Below, in pieces: positions 18,251-27,837 of a stretch of DNA of 64,000 nt (the first letter of the stretch is position 1; each line of letters begins with the position of its first letter). Source of the stretch: Candidatus Obscuribacterales bacterium (GTDB taxonomy: Bacteria; Cyanobacteriota; Vampirovibrionia; Obscuribacterales; Obscuribacteraceae); the NCBI GenBank assembly GCA_965228855.1, contig CBDDIJ010000005.1, positions 544,001 to 608,000 on the forward strand, in the 5' to 3' direction. Made by a program: the position numbers and the translations under genes. A model generated the notes under the pieces. That model was not told the DNA's origin and searched no databases. It worked only from the letters and a program-made list of their open reading frames with translations.

Positions 18251-20230
18251 ATGCGCACGATTCTCATCCTCACGCTTATACCCTTTGTGCTGGTGATGTT
18301 TCTCGCCACTGTTCTTCTCACCAATCCGGAAACAGAACTCTCCATTGGACAGGCATTCTTGAAAGGAGAGGCAGTACCGAAAAACACAGACTGGGGAATG
18401 TTCTGGATCAGATGCGCCGCCGACGGCGGAAACAGCGAAGCGCAAGCATTAATGGGAAGAAGCTTGTTAGTAGGTTTGCTGAAACAAGATCTTACAACAG
18501 CTGTTAAATATCTGAAGATGGGAGATAAAAACGGCAACGTTGAAAGCACGAAGCTGCTCTCATACGCCTACACCTATGGTCAAGGGGTGCCACAGGATTA
18601 CGATCTGGCGCTTGAACTATCGGAGCGAGCGCTCAAAGAAGAGCGCGATGGTCGAGAGCTCATGGGGCTCTCGTTCTTCAAATTGATTCTGCCTGGCAAG
18701 TATCGCGACTATAAAGGTTCCAGAGCGTACGCGGAAGAGTTGATGAATGTTGGCTATTCATCAGCATGGCCGTACTGGTGCCTTGGCATAATTCAAGAAT
18801 ATGGTTTGGGCACACCGATAGATCTGCCCAAAGCTCAGAAGCTTTACGAACAAGGCGCCCGGCTTGGGGATAACGACAGCCAGTACGCAGTTGCTCGCGG
18901 CGTCTATGAAGGCAAATTTGTTATCTCAGATAAGAAATTGGTGCGCTCCTACCTGGAAGCGGCTTCCAGAACGCAGGTTGTAGACGCTCAGCTCTTGCTC
19001 GCGCTGGTTCTAGCGACGACCTCTCGCGACAAAGCACAGGAACAAACCTACAAAAGTCTCTTAACGCAGCTTGAGAAGCGCGGCTTCGAAAGTTTCTCCA
19101 AAAGGCTCAGGGATGTTTCGCCCCCGGACAAGGTCAACGATTCAAGCATTGCGATCAAAAATTTGCTGGATGAAACCAACGACGTCGACGGCTCAAAACA
19201 TCTAATCGCCGCGTTGATGAAGCGGTTTGGCATTGGAACGAAACCGCAGTTCTCATCCTTCATGCAATCATTGAACTGGGCTTGCGAAAAGAAACTGCCC
19301 GATGCGACCGTTCTCAAAGGGAACGTTTTAACGGGACTGGAACTGGGAAACCCAGCCTACGATCAGGCATTTAAACTGTACAAAATTGCAGCCGACAAAG
19401 AACACACATATGCAGAAGGCCAAATCGGCATGCTCTATGCACTTGGTCTCGGAGCAGAACACGACTGGACCAAAGCTATTGAGTATCTGAATAGAGCCGC
19501 GGATGCAGGAGATCCTGAGGCGTTATACATGCTGGCAGGCTTTTACTGCGACGGCAGGGGCGTGCCACCAAGTCGGAAAAAATCTATCGAGCTATTCGAG
19601 CGAGCCGCAAATCAAGGTCACGTAGAGGCTATGCTCGAATTGGGAATCATGTGTAACTCCGAAGATTTCCCGGACATCAAAGAAGATTGGAATAAGGCAA
19701 AGATCTGGTTTAGAAAAGCGGCAAAAGCCGATTTACAAGAGGCAAATTTCTACGCAGGTTCCATTATGGCGAACCGAGGTTTTACAGACGAGGCACTTGA
19801 AGTTTTCAAAGACGCAGCAGAACATGGACATCTGCTTTCAGAAATTCAGGTGGGACGATACTACATGAATCGCCAAACATTCGACGAAGCACGAAAGTGG
19901 TTTAACACGGCTCGAGCGCAAGGGAGCACCACAGCGCGCCGAGAACTTAGAATCCTTGGACTGCGCGAGTCAATGCTTTCCAACAACCCCAAAGCGCCAC
20001 TACTTGTGGTGGCAGCAAAACACATCACAAAAGGTAGTCTGATAACAAAGGATTTGATTTCCACAAAAGCGAACGAATCAGAAGATTCCGATGTACAGTG
20101 GAATAACGACAGTCTAACAAATCCTGATGCCGTAATCGGGGCCGTTGCAGAATCAGATATTTCGAAGGGTTCATCTCTCAATGCCGCAGATCTGAGTTTT
20201 CCAGATCCGACTAAACACAAGCACGAGTGA
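18251..20230 (+). CDS. Sel1-repeat protein with C-terminal SAF domain
   Basis: Many Sel1 repeats (GQGVPQDY, GLGAEHDWTKA, GRGVPPSRKKS); C-terminal VVAAKHITKGSLIT...AVIGAVAESDISKGSSL; N-terminal TM/signal. Confidence 0.82.
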   Translation: MRTILILTLIPFVLVMFLATVLLTNPETELSIGQAFLKGEAVPKNTDWGMFWIRCAADGGNSEAQALMGRSLLVGLLKQDLTTAVKYLKMGDKNGNVESTKLLSYAYTYGQGVPQDYDLALELSERALKEERDGRELMGLSFFKLILPGKYRDYKGSRAYAEELMNVGYSSAWPYWCLGIIQEYGLGTPIDLPKAQKLYEQGARLGDNDSQYAVARGVYEGKFVISDKKLVRSYLEAASRTQVVDAQLLLALVLATTSRDKAQEQTYKSLLTQLEKRGFESFSKRLRDVSPPDKVNDSSIAIKNLLDETNDVDGSKHLIAALMKRFGIGTKPQFSSFMQSLNWACEKKLPDATVLKGNVLTGLELGNPAYDQAFKLYKIAADKEHTYAEGQIGMLYALGLGAEHDWTKAIEYLNRAADAGDPEALYMLAGFYCDGRGVPPSRKKSIELFERAANQGHVEAMLELGIMCNSEDFPDIKEDWNKAKIWFRKAAKADLQEANFYAGSIMANRGFTDEALEVFKDAAEHGHLLSEIQVGRYYMNRQTFDEARKWFNTARAQGSTTARRELRILGLRESMLSNNPKAPLLVVAAKHITKGSLITKDLISTKANESEDSDVQWNNDSLTNPDAVIGAVAESDISKGSSLNAADLSFPDPTKHKHE

Positions 20231-20272
20231 GCAACATAAACACCGGCAAGAGTGAACGAGCTAGTTCAAAAC

Positions 20273-21166
20273 CTACTGCGGAATCAAGGACGTGAGGTTG
20301 TGGTCTCGCAGGTAATCGGCGAAGGAATCGCGCAGATCCAGAGGCACATACGAAAGTGAGCGCATGCTTGGTGAAATTGTCATTGACGGATAGCTTACCG
20401 GCCGGTGAGTTCGTTTATCCAGAAAATCGACCGGACAATACGAATTGCAGCGGTGACTGTACGATAGCAACTGTTTCGTTGCCAGAGGAACTCCATCCTT
20501 GTCGAAGAACTTAGTCGAGTCGAGAATTGAGACATGGTGGTCGTCTACAAGTGTCCAGGTTTGAAGTGATTCTCTCTGGCAAATGGAAACAACTTTATTT
20601 GTTTCCCGACTCACCATGAGAGTAACCAGAAAAAGGCGCACAGTCATGCTGTTTTGCTTCTCTTCCACAAGATCGAACGAATGGTAAATATTGACGTTCA
20701 TGTGCGGACCGCTGTATGTTCGCCCCACGCACGGAAGCGGAACAAAGGTCCAGACGCGCCCATTGCGATCGGTTTGGTGACCGAGAACCTCAGCGTCAGG
20801 ATAGTGAACCTTCACAGTCTTCGGAGAAGGAATCGCCTCGTTCCTTTGCAGGTCCGTATACTCCAGGATGTGAAGCTTGCCTTTCTTGTGCCATTTGCCC
20901 GCCAGCCAATGAGGAACGCGCCACCAGTTGCCCGAACAATCGGTGTTTGTCGGAAGAAGGCTCTCGTCGAATTCGGTGCCAACCTGATACCGGTCAAGCG
21001 GATCGAGCTTGTCGGAATGTTCGATTTTGCCTTCGAGCAAAAGACTATCGGCGAACGCCGCACCTATCCCGATGGACAGATAGGACAGTAACATTGCGCT
21101 AGCGATGAGCGAACGTGTGAATCGCATGGCGGGTGTTCTCCGTGGAAACTTTATTCCACTTGACAT
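20273..21166 (-). CDS. Exported hypothetical protein
   Basis: 297-aa ORF with signal peptide ending AAFA; true start may be ATG at 21127. Confidence 0.65.
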   Translation of the reverse strand: MSSGIKFPRRTPAMRFTRSLIASAMLLSYLSIGIGAAFADSLLLEGKIEHSDKLDPLDRYQVGTEFDESLLPTNTDCSGNWWRVPHWLAGKWHKKGKLHILEYTDLQRNEAIPSPKTVKVHYPDAEVLGHQTDRNGRVWTFVPLPCVGRTYSGPHMNVNIYHSFDLVEEKQNSMTVRLFLVTLMVSRETNKVVSICQRESLQTWTLVDDHHVSILDSTKFFDKDGVPLATKQLLSYSHRCNSYCPVDFLDKRTHRPVSYPSMTISPSMRSLSYVPLDLRDSFADYLRDHNLTSLIPQ

Positions 21167-21370
21167 CCAGTGCTAAACAGCCAGCCCCTTCGCTTTCCCT
21201 TCAAATCCAGGCGAATTGTTGTCGCGGTGTTCACGGTGTTGGGCGGAATAGGTCCGAGCCCAGTGGCAATGGGTATCTCATTAATTTCGGTACCTAGAGT
21301 GATGTCTACAGAGGCACAGCATGACCCTGCCTAGTTAGAATGAAAGTGTTTCCAAACAGCGAGCCATACT

Positions 21371-21886
21371 ATGCAACGTCGTCTAAGGCTAGCAGGAATA
21401 GGCTGTGCAATCTTTGCTTTTACAAGTTGTATGTTCTTGTCGATTTTCAGCGTGGTTCCCTGGGAACAGCCACAACTTGGCCTGCTTGAGGCGTACATAC
21501 TTGTTAGCGTTGTTTGTATTACTATCCTCACTCGTATTCAAAAGGCCGTTCTTGCACGAAGTGGAAAATGGGCAAATTCTAAAATGCGATGGCTTGGTGT
21601 ATCGTTGGTTGGAGCGTCCATGGGTTTGTTTGTTTTAGGATGGATTTCAATCCTTGCTCCTCCAGGCTTGGAGGCGTTCAAGACCAATGAGTTCGAGAAG
21701 TTCCTCTGTGGTGTTGGGCCAGAGCCACTTTGGGTTCAAGCTCGTCAGCTGATGCCGCAGGCTGAGTTATTGGCTGCATGCAGTCTGCTGATAGAAAACT
21801 GCATGCAGTTCGCAGCCGGATTTGCCCTGTTTGCTATCATTGCTGTGTCGGCTTACGACGCCTCAAAGGCATCCAGTAAAGCTTGA
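21371..21886 (+). CDS. Hypothetical integral membrane protein (about 4 TM)
   Basis: Four hydrophobic segments in a 171-aa ORF. Confidence 0.55.
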   Translation: MQRRLRLAGIGCAIFAFTSCMFLSIFSVVPWEQPQLGLLEAYILVSVVCITILTRIQKAVLARSGKWANSKMRWLGVSLVGASMGLFVLGWISILAPPGLEAFKTNEFEKFLCGVGPEPLWVQARQLMPQAELLAACSLLIENCMQFAAGFALFAIIAVSAYDASKASSKA

Positions 21887-22028
21887 AAAACAGAAGGATA
21901 GGTCGGTTTCAATTGAAGCAGACTTCGACGTAGTACGCCATGCTGAATCGATTTGAAAATAGCTCGAATCGCTCCGCAAGTAATCACCTTATACCCTTCG
22001 TAGCACACACCATATTTGGTGGAACTGG

Positions 22029-22925
22029 CTAATTTGTCGCCTTGAGGACAGACCGAGAAACGGCAGCCAGAACCTGATCACGCTTGCTTGAAGAACCAGG
22101 AGCATCGGAGAGAAAAACGGCAAGTATGACTTTATCGCCGTTCGGCTTTGTGATGATGGCTACGTCATTTGCGCTGCCGCGCCCGCTTTTAACTGGACCG
22201 GTGCCCGTCTTATGTGCAACTTTTGTGCCCGTTGGGACGCCAGCTTTTATGCGATTTACGCCGGTTATTGCCTTATGCATCATGCTCAGCAATGTTTCGG
22301 TAGATTTAGGCGACAAAGTCTTTCCTTCCTCGAGTTTCAACAGCAACTGGCAGATAGCCTTGGGGGTTGCGGTATCGAGCAACTTATCTTCGGCCCCGGG
22401 CTGAGTTAGTTGTTGATAAAGACGATCAACGCGAATTCCTTCGATGTCATTGTCGGTGAATACCTTATTTATGGCTTCAATTCCTCCCACCGTGCGCGTC
22501 AAAACATCAGCAGAACCATTATTGCTGTTGCAGATGGTGCGTTCCAGGAGCGATTGGACACTGCATGATTTCGTATTTACAGGCATTTTGTCCGGCACGG
22601 AGCTGTTTCTGATCGCAAGCACATCCTGCTTTGAGAGCTTGATAGGGGCATCAAGACTGAGCTTTCCGCTATCTACTTGCTGTAGAACCGCGATTGCGAT
22701 AGGAAGTTTGCCTACACTCTGCATCCGATACGGGGTGTCTCTATGTAGATAAAACGAGTCACCGGTTTTTACATCGTAGGCGCCCACTCCGAGCGAGCCG
22801 CCGGAAGTCTTTTCGATTTTCTGGAGTTCCTTTTGTAAGAGAGGTTTATCCAGGCTGGCTTGAGCCGGCAGCGCAAATGCACAAAGCGTAGAGAGCGCGA
22901 TCGCTATTGAATGAATGTTTTGCAT
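22029..22925 (-). CDS. Class A beta-lactamase-like serine hydrolase (atypical active site)
   Basis: Signal peptide; MQSVGK (SxxK), SNN (SxN), HKTG, NDVAII; omega-loop reads DRLY instead of DRxE. Confidence 0.85.
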   Translation of the reverse strand: MQNIHSIAIALSTLCAFALPAQASLDKPLLQKELQKIEKTSGGSLGVGAYDVKTGDSFYLHRDTPYRMQSVGKLPIAIAVLQQVDSGKLSLDAPIKLSKQDVLAIRNSSVPDKMPVNTKSCSVQSLLERTICNSNNGSADVLTRTVGGIEAINKVFTDNDIEGIRVDRLYQQLTQPGAEDKLLDTATPKAICQLLLKLEEGKTLSPKSTETLLSMMHKAITGVNRIKAGVPTGTKVAHKTGTGPVKSGRGSANDVAIITKPNGDKVILAVFLSDAPGSSSKRDQVLAAVSRSVLKATN

Positions 22926-23049
22926 AATTCCCCCGAGTTCGTGCTACAGCCTATCGACGAGTGTAGCAAGGGAAAGTAATGCCTTTGCAAGACGACCGTG
23001 AACTCATTGATCGAAAACAACTTTTACTCTGGCAGGGATTGCTTGTCGT

Positions 23050-23514
23050 CTATGCTGGTTCTGTTTGGGCAATGCGCTTCCGAAACTCACGCAACCCCTC
23101 GTCGAGGTCCGCAGTCTGCCGCAGGTCTGATGAACTCACTAAATCTACCGTCTCGTTGATCTGAATTAGTTGCGACAATCCAATTTCTGCGGCTACTACA
23201 GAAATTCTCGACAATCGGACGAAATACTCGCGAAGAGCCAAATCATTCAAATTTGGCATTAGCTGATCGAGCCGATTCTGAATTTGCAGCAGCAATGTGT
23301 TGAAATCATTTTGAATCCCAGCTTCTTGATAGTGTTCGTTGACCTTTTGAAGGTCTCCATCGAATCGGATTAGATTCGCAACCAGATTGCATACGGCAGA
23401 GTCGATCTCGACAAGCTCATCATCACTTACTTCAGTTCGAGCCTTAGGCAAAGTCTGCTTCAAGTGGTCTGTAAGCATTCTCTGCGCTCTTTCAACGCGT
23501 TCTTTGTTATTCAT
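23050..23514 (-). CDS. Hypothetical helical protein
   Basis: 154-aa ATG ORF filling the gap between neighbours; no recognised motif. Confidence 0.6.
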   Translation of the reverse strand: MNNKERVERAQRMLTDHLKQTLPKARTEVSDDELVEIDSAVCNLVANLIRFDGDLQKVNEHYQEAGIQNDFNTLLLQIQNRLDQLMPNLNDLALREYFVRLSRISVVAAEIGLSQLIQINETVDLVSSSDLRQTADLDEGLREFRKRIAQTEPA

Positions 23515-23626
23515 AGATTCCAGCCAGGAGTGAATCGTTCTCCCATGTTATCAGGTTGCGGTGAGTGTGGGGAGTCGGTGTCGCCAGCTTAATTACCTGG
23601 TCAATTTCGATGATTGCCGATTTTCT

Positions 23627-24493
23627 TTAAACTGTAACGCGCTTTAGATGCGCATCAATCTCTCTCGTGGTCTGTTCCGATTGCTGCCAGAGTTTCCGTG
23701 CAAGCTGTGCGTCTTGCGATTCCTTTGAAGATGCCACCACTTTTTCTTTGACGAAGTAGTTACCTGACACGCCATCTACTTCGGGCGAGGTCGCGAGATA
23801 AATGATAGTCTTTGCGCCTTCCTCTGCGGTGATTGAGACGAACGCGGTCATCAGGTTGAATATTCGACCGGGAATGCCGTTGTTCGCGCCAAAATTTGTC
23901 GAGACAACGCCGGGATGCATGGAATTCGCTGTCACACTTGTGTCTGACAAACGCTTCGAAAGTTCAACTGTGAACAGAATATTTGCAAGCTTTGAATTAC
24001 CGTAGGTAAAGTACGGTACGCGGTTTTTCTCGTCGATGCAATGATCGGGATTTAGACGCGCGCGTTTATGCGCGTCAGAGGAAACATTGATGATACGAGA
24101 GGGAGCGCTCTCTTTGATCAAGTCGAGCAATTCTTCGGTTAACCAGAAATAGCCGAAGTGATTTAACGCCCAGGTCATTTCCAAACCGTCAACGCTGCGC
24201 TCATCCTTAAAGAAAACAGCTCCAGCGTTATTGACTAAAACGTCCAGCCGATCGAACTTCTCTTTATACTGCTGAGCAAGCTCGATTACGCTTTGACGGG
24301 AGGACAAGTCCGCGACAAAATAACTCAAGTCGCCACCACCTTCGGTAGCAATCATTTTTGCCAGGGTATTTTTGCACCGATTTTCGTTGCGACCGACAAT
24401 CACAACGTCCGCGCCCTGTCTTGCGATTTCGACTGCAGCAACTTCACCGATTCCGGCAGTCGCTCCAGTGATAAGACATCGTTTACCCTTCAT
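23627..24493 (-). CDS. Short-chain dehydrogenase/reductase (retinol dehydrogenase/WWOX-like subgroup)
   Basis: TGATAGIG, NNAG, NHFG.F, VSSDAH, YGNSK, HPGVVST. Confidence 0.92.
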   Translation of the reverse strand: MKGKRCLITGATAGIGEVAAVEIARQGADVVIVGRNENRCKNTLAKMIATEGGGDLSYFVADLSSRQSVIELAQQYKEKFDRLDVLVNNAGAVFFKDERSVDGLEMTWALNHFGYFWLTEELLDLIKESAPSRIINVSSDAHKRARLNPDHCIDEKNRVPYFTYGNSKLANILFTVELSKRLSDTSVTANSMHPGVVSTNFGANNGIPGRIFNLMTAFVSITAEEGAKTIIYLATSPEVDGVSGNYFVKEKVVASSKESQDAQLARKLWQQSEQTTREIDAHLKRVTV

Positions 24494-24562
24494 TCCATTT
24501 GTCCTTTCGATACCCGCTGAATTGTTGGCGTTTGCCCCATCTTATTCTTATTCTAAACAGTT

Positions 24563-27500
24563 TCAGCGACTGTTCAGATAATCTCGTAACCGCTCAATCG
24601 CAACCTTCCATTTCTCAGGAGGGAGACTGAAACATAACCTCGCCCAATCACCACTACGCGACCACTTTCCTGAGTTAATCAGCAACTTGGACATTTTAGC
24701 AAGCTCATCGCGCTGATCCGCCATTTTTGCAATGACGAATAAACCACCGCGGTACGGAGTATCAAGTCCATCATCGAGTTTATGCTCTTTTAAAACCTGT
24801 AGCAGTTCGTCACGCTGCGAGGTCAGCAACTTTCTTGCATCGGACAGGTAGGTGTGAACTTCGTTTTTAGCAGCGTCTATGTCAATCAGCCCGTGCGGCG
24901 CCTCTTCGAGAAAGGCAGAGTAAAGATTATCCCAGGCCCGCAATATTGATTTCGGAGGCAACTCGATTCGCGCTTGAATCTCATGAGCGAATGATTGATC
25001 CGGACAGATCATGAAGCCGGCGCGCAATCCGCCTGCAGCAAACGCCTTCGATGTACCATCAGCGAGGAAAAGGTATTTTGATTTATCAGAGGACGCAAGT
25101 CCTGTTCCAAAACTGAGGAATTGCGGAGTCCAGGCACCAAGGCGATAATCGCTCAGCATAAAGAAAATTTCGTCAGCGAATAAATAAATCTGTTGACTGG
25201 CGCAAAGGTCAAGAATTGATTTAACGGCGTTAGCGTCAAACATAAGACCGCTGGGATTATTCGGCTGCGTGAGCCACAGCAAGTCAGGTTTCTTCGGAAG
25301 CTTATCGATAGCCGCCTTTGTTATGACGAAGCCGTTGCTGTGGTCGGTCTCTACTGGCAAAATCTCAGCGCCGTGATAAACGACAGTTGGATAAATGCAT
25401 CCGTAGCTTCCGTTCGGAACCGCCACCACGGGCGGTCTGCCGAGGCGAGCGGCGAGCGTTCTCAATAAAGCACCGAATAACGGATACAGTCCCTGACCTA
25501 GTACAACTCGATCGGGAGTGACCATTTGCCCCCGAGTGAAGTGCGTGTAGGAAGTAACTCGCTGGCGCAAAAGTGAGGGCAAAGCGTCGGACGGTTCCTC
25601 AACAAAGCCTTTTACAAGTCCCTTCACGAGCAAGTCTGGAACAGGATATTCAAACTCACCATAGTCGAGCCGGATCAATTCCGGGTCCTCGACCGAGATC
25701 GGTTTTGGAGCAAAAACTTCATCGCTTGCAGCAGAGAGAAACTCTTCTCGATACTCAACATTCTTCAGTTCGTTCTGCTTCAACGGGCACACTTCAGGCG
25801 CGGGGAACGGGAAGGAAAGCAGGTCGTCGAAAAGCCACTCATAGTAGAGCTGGCTGGGATAGGGAATTCTGGAATAGGTAAGTTCCGACGCGACATCGAA
25901 CTTTTCGCTCCAGTCGGATGGAGCATTGATAAGGAAACTCAGCTCCAGGTCCGGGCACACTGTGTTTTTCACCAGACCGTAGAGGAAGATCACGTTGCTC
26001 GGCATCTTCATTTGCGATGCAATACGCAACGTCATGTTCGCTTCGAGACTGGAGTCGATATCGAAGTTGGCGGAATCGTCGATTATGTAAAACCGCTCGG
26101 GGTGCAATCTCGCCTGCTCGAACAGAGCGCCCACGTTGATCATCGAAGGACGAGTCATTGAATTGGGAGCCAGTATCAAGAGGCGGGGGGCAAGCGCATT
26201 GTCGAGCTCGAATATCTCGTGCAAATCATCGTTTGCCGATGTCAAATTCAAATGAGTGTATCCGGTGCTAGAGAATAGCTTGTCGTAAACGGAACGAAGC
26301 GATTGAGAGATTAGAACGTTATCGCCGGCACGCGCCACCATATCCAGTATCATTGAAAGCAATACGCGACGCTCGGGTGCGACAAAGATATCGTCGGGCT
26401 CCAGCGCAGTGTGGCAATAGATGCGAAGAAAGCTAGCAAGCCTTTTTCGCAGACTCATGTCGCCGCGTTCGTGCGGATACGGGAGAGCTTTAGATTTCAG
26501 AAGCGAACCAGATAAGCGCTCCAAAAAACTCATCTGCTCTTCCGACATTCGCGAAAAATCCAGTTCCTTTCGCAAAGAATCGAGCTCCAACGCTTTCAAG
26601 TTGCGCACAAAACCGAAGGTGCTTTTCTCGAAGCGCGTATTCGCTTCATACACAAGGAGATCGTGGTAAATCTGCCGATTCTTCTTGAGCAGTTTTACAG
26701 CAGTGTCTGCGCTCAATGATTGGCGCGAATGTTTTCCAAGAAAAAAGTGGAATTGAATTCCGTGCGCCTTCTCTAGTTCCACGAGCGAGGCAAGATCGGT
26801 ATCATCCGCTTGGGCAATGCGACGACTCCAGACGATCTCAGGTTGGAAACCGCGACGGACAAACATTGATTCAATCGCATGGGGACCGGGTCTTCCACCA
26901 AGGATCAATGTCACTTTTCCATTCGGCTTCAAACAAAGTTGCGACTGTTCGAGGGCACGAGCGATAAGAGGCAGTCCAAATCGATCTTCAAGAATGCCTT
27001 GCTCGAAGCAATAATTCGAGAGGTCGTATAAATCGCGTTCGCTCAAACGTTGCTCGAGGTCGTCTTCCTCTTCTTTCCCGGGATGCAGAACTTGGGGAAT
27101 GCAACCAATGATGTGATCGAAACTGTCCTTAGAATCGATGATTACCTGAAGTAAATCCGATTCCATCGCACGAAAACAGCCAACAATCGGCATCCCCGAT
27201 TGGCTCAAAATCATCGAACCGTCGGGACGTGTACCGTTGAGCCAGGCATTCAAACGCGCGGTCATGACTGCGACCGGATTGATATCGAGTCCAATGACTT
27301 CCTTAACTTGCGTCTTTGCTAACAGAACAAGACTGATCCAGCCAGACCCGGTGCCGAGTTCTACTACACGAGTTCCATGAAACTGTTCGGGATATTTGAG
27401 CAAGCCCTCTGCAAATGTCTGCCCCCACATCTCCGGAGAGAAAACAGCCGGCGTCAAAAACAATCGAATCGGCTGTTCCAAACCAGGAACGTCGACAGCA

Positions 27501-27682
27501 CGCATCATGAGATGCGGATATTTTTTCTGCGCGCAAGACTCTGCCAGACGGTGGAGCTCGCCTATTGCATCCAGACGCGTTTCGGTTTCATCCAGCCTGG
27601 CGAGCAGAGCTTCGAGCGCTCTCATGGACGCTTCCGGCGACCTGGCTGATTCTATCTGTTCTGTTATATCAATCATTTGCAC
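24563..27682 (-). CDS. Full-length plant-type methionine S-methyltransferase (MMT) with C-terminal PLP-dependent aminotransferase domain
   Basis: VFSPEMWGQTFAEGL, VELGTGSGWIS, GLDINP, ESDLL, IGCIPQVL, LSNYC, EDRFGLPLIARA, GGRPG, QADDTDL match MMT/MmtN motifs; 1039 aa; C-terminal PNNPSG, DEIF, TSKAFAAGGLRAG. Confidence 0.88.
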   Translation of the reverse strand: MQMIDITEQIESARSPEASMRALEALLARLDETETRLDAIGELHRLAESCAQKKYPHLMMRAVDVPGLEQPIRLFLTPAVFSPEMWGQTFAEGLLKYPEQFHGTRVVELGTGSGWISLVLLAKTQVKEVIGLDINPVAVMTARLNAWLNGTRPDGSMILSQSGMPIVGCFRAMESDLLQVIIDSKDSFDHIIGCIPQVLHPGKEEEDDLEQRLSERDLYDLSNYCFEQGILEDRFGLPLIARALEQSQLCLKPNGKVTLILGGRPGPHAIESMFVRRGFQPEIVWSRRIAQADDTDLASLVELEKAHGIQFHFFLGKHSRQSLSADTAVKLLKKNRQIYHDLLVYEANTRFEKSTFGFVRNLKALELDSLRKELDFSRMSEEQMSFLERLSGSLLKSKALPYPHERGDMSLRKRLASFLRIYCHTALEPDDIFVAPERRVLLSMILDMVARAGDNVLISQSLRSVYDKLFSSTGYTHLNLTSANDDLHEIFELDNALAPRLLILAPNSMTRPSMINVGALFEQARLHPERFYIIDDSANFDIDSSLEANMTLRIASQMKMPSNVIFLYGLVKNTVCPDLELSFLINAPSDWSEKFDVASELTYSRIPYPSQLYYEWLFDDLLSFPFPAPEVCPLKQNELKNVEYREEFLSAASDEVFAPKPISVEDPELIRLDYGEFEYPVPDLLVKGLVKGFVEEPSDALPSLLRQRVTSYTHFTRGQMVTPDRVVLGQGLYPLFGALLRTLAARLGRPPVVAVPNGSYGCIYPTVVYHGAEILPVETDHSNGFVITKAAIDKLPKKPDLLWLTQPNNPSGLMFDANAVKSILDLCASQQIYLFADEIFFMLSDYRLGAWTPQFLSFGTGLASSDKSKYLFLADGTSKAFAAGGLRAGFMICPDQSFAHEIQARIELPPKSILRAWDNLYSAFLEEAPHGLIDIDAAKNEVHTYLSDARKLLTSQRDELLQVLKEHKLDDGLDTPYRGGLFVIAKMADQRDELAKMSKLLINSGKWSRSGDWARLCFSLPPEKWKVAIERLRDYLNSR

Positions 27683-27837
27683 GAACTGAGTTTACTTCAA
27701 ATCGAAAGGTTCTTCTTGATTGACAACCATGAAAGAATGGAATAGCCAGAAATATTTATTTCGCCCATTACTAGACATACAACAGGTCTGTTATCCTATT
27801 CTAATTAACCACAATTCAGGAATGGATACGGCGGGCA

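Noticed and set aside
22029..22925. Calling this an acquired antibiotic-resistance gene
   Set aside because: Glu166 is apparently absent and there is no mobile-element context
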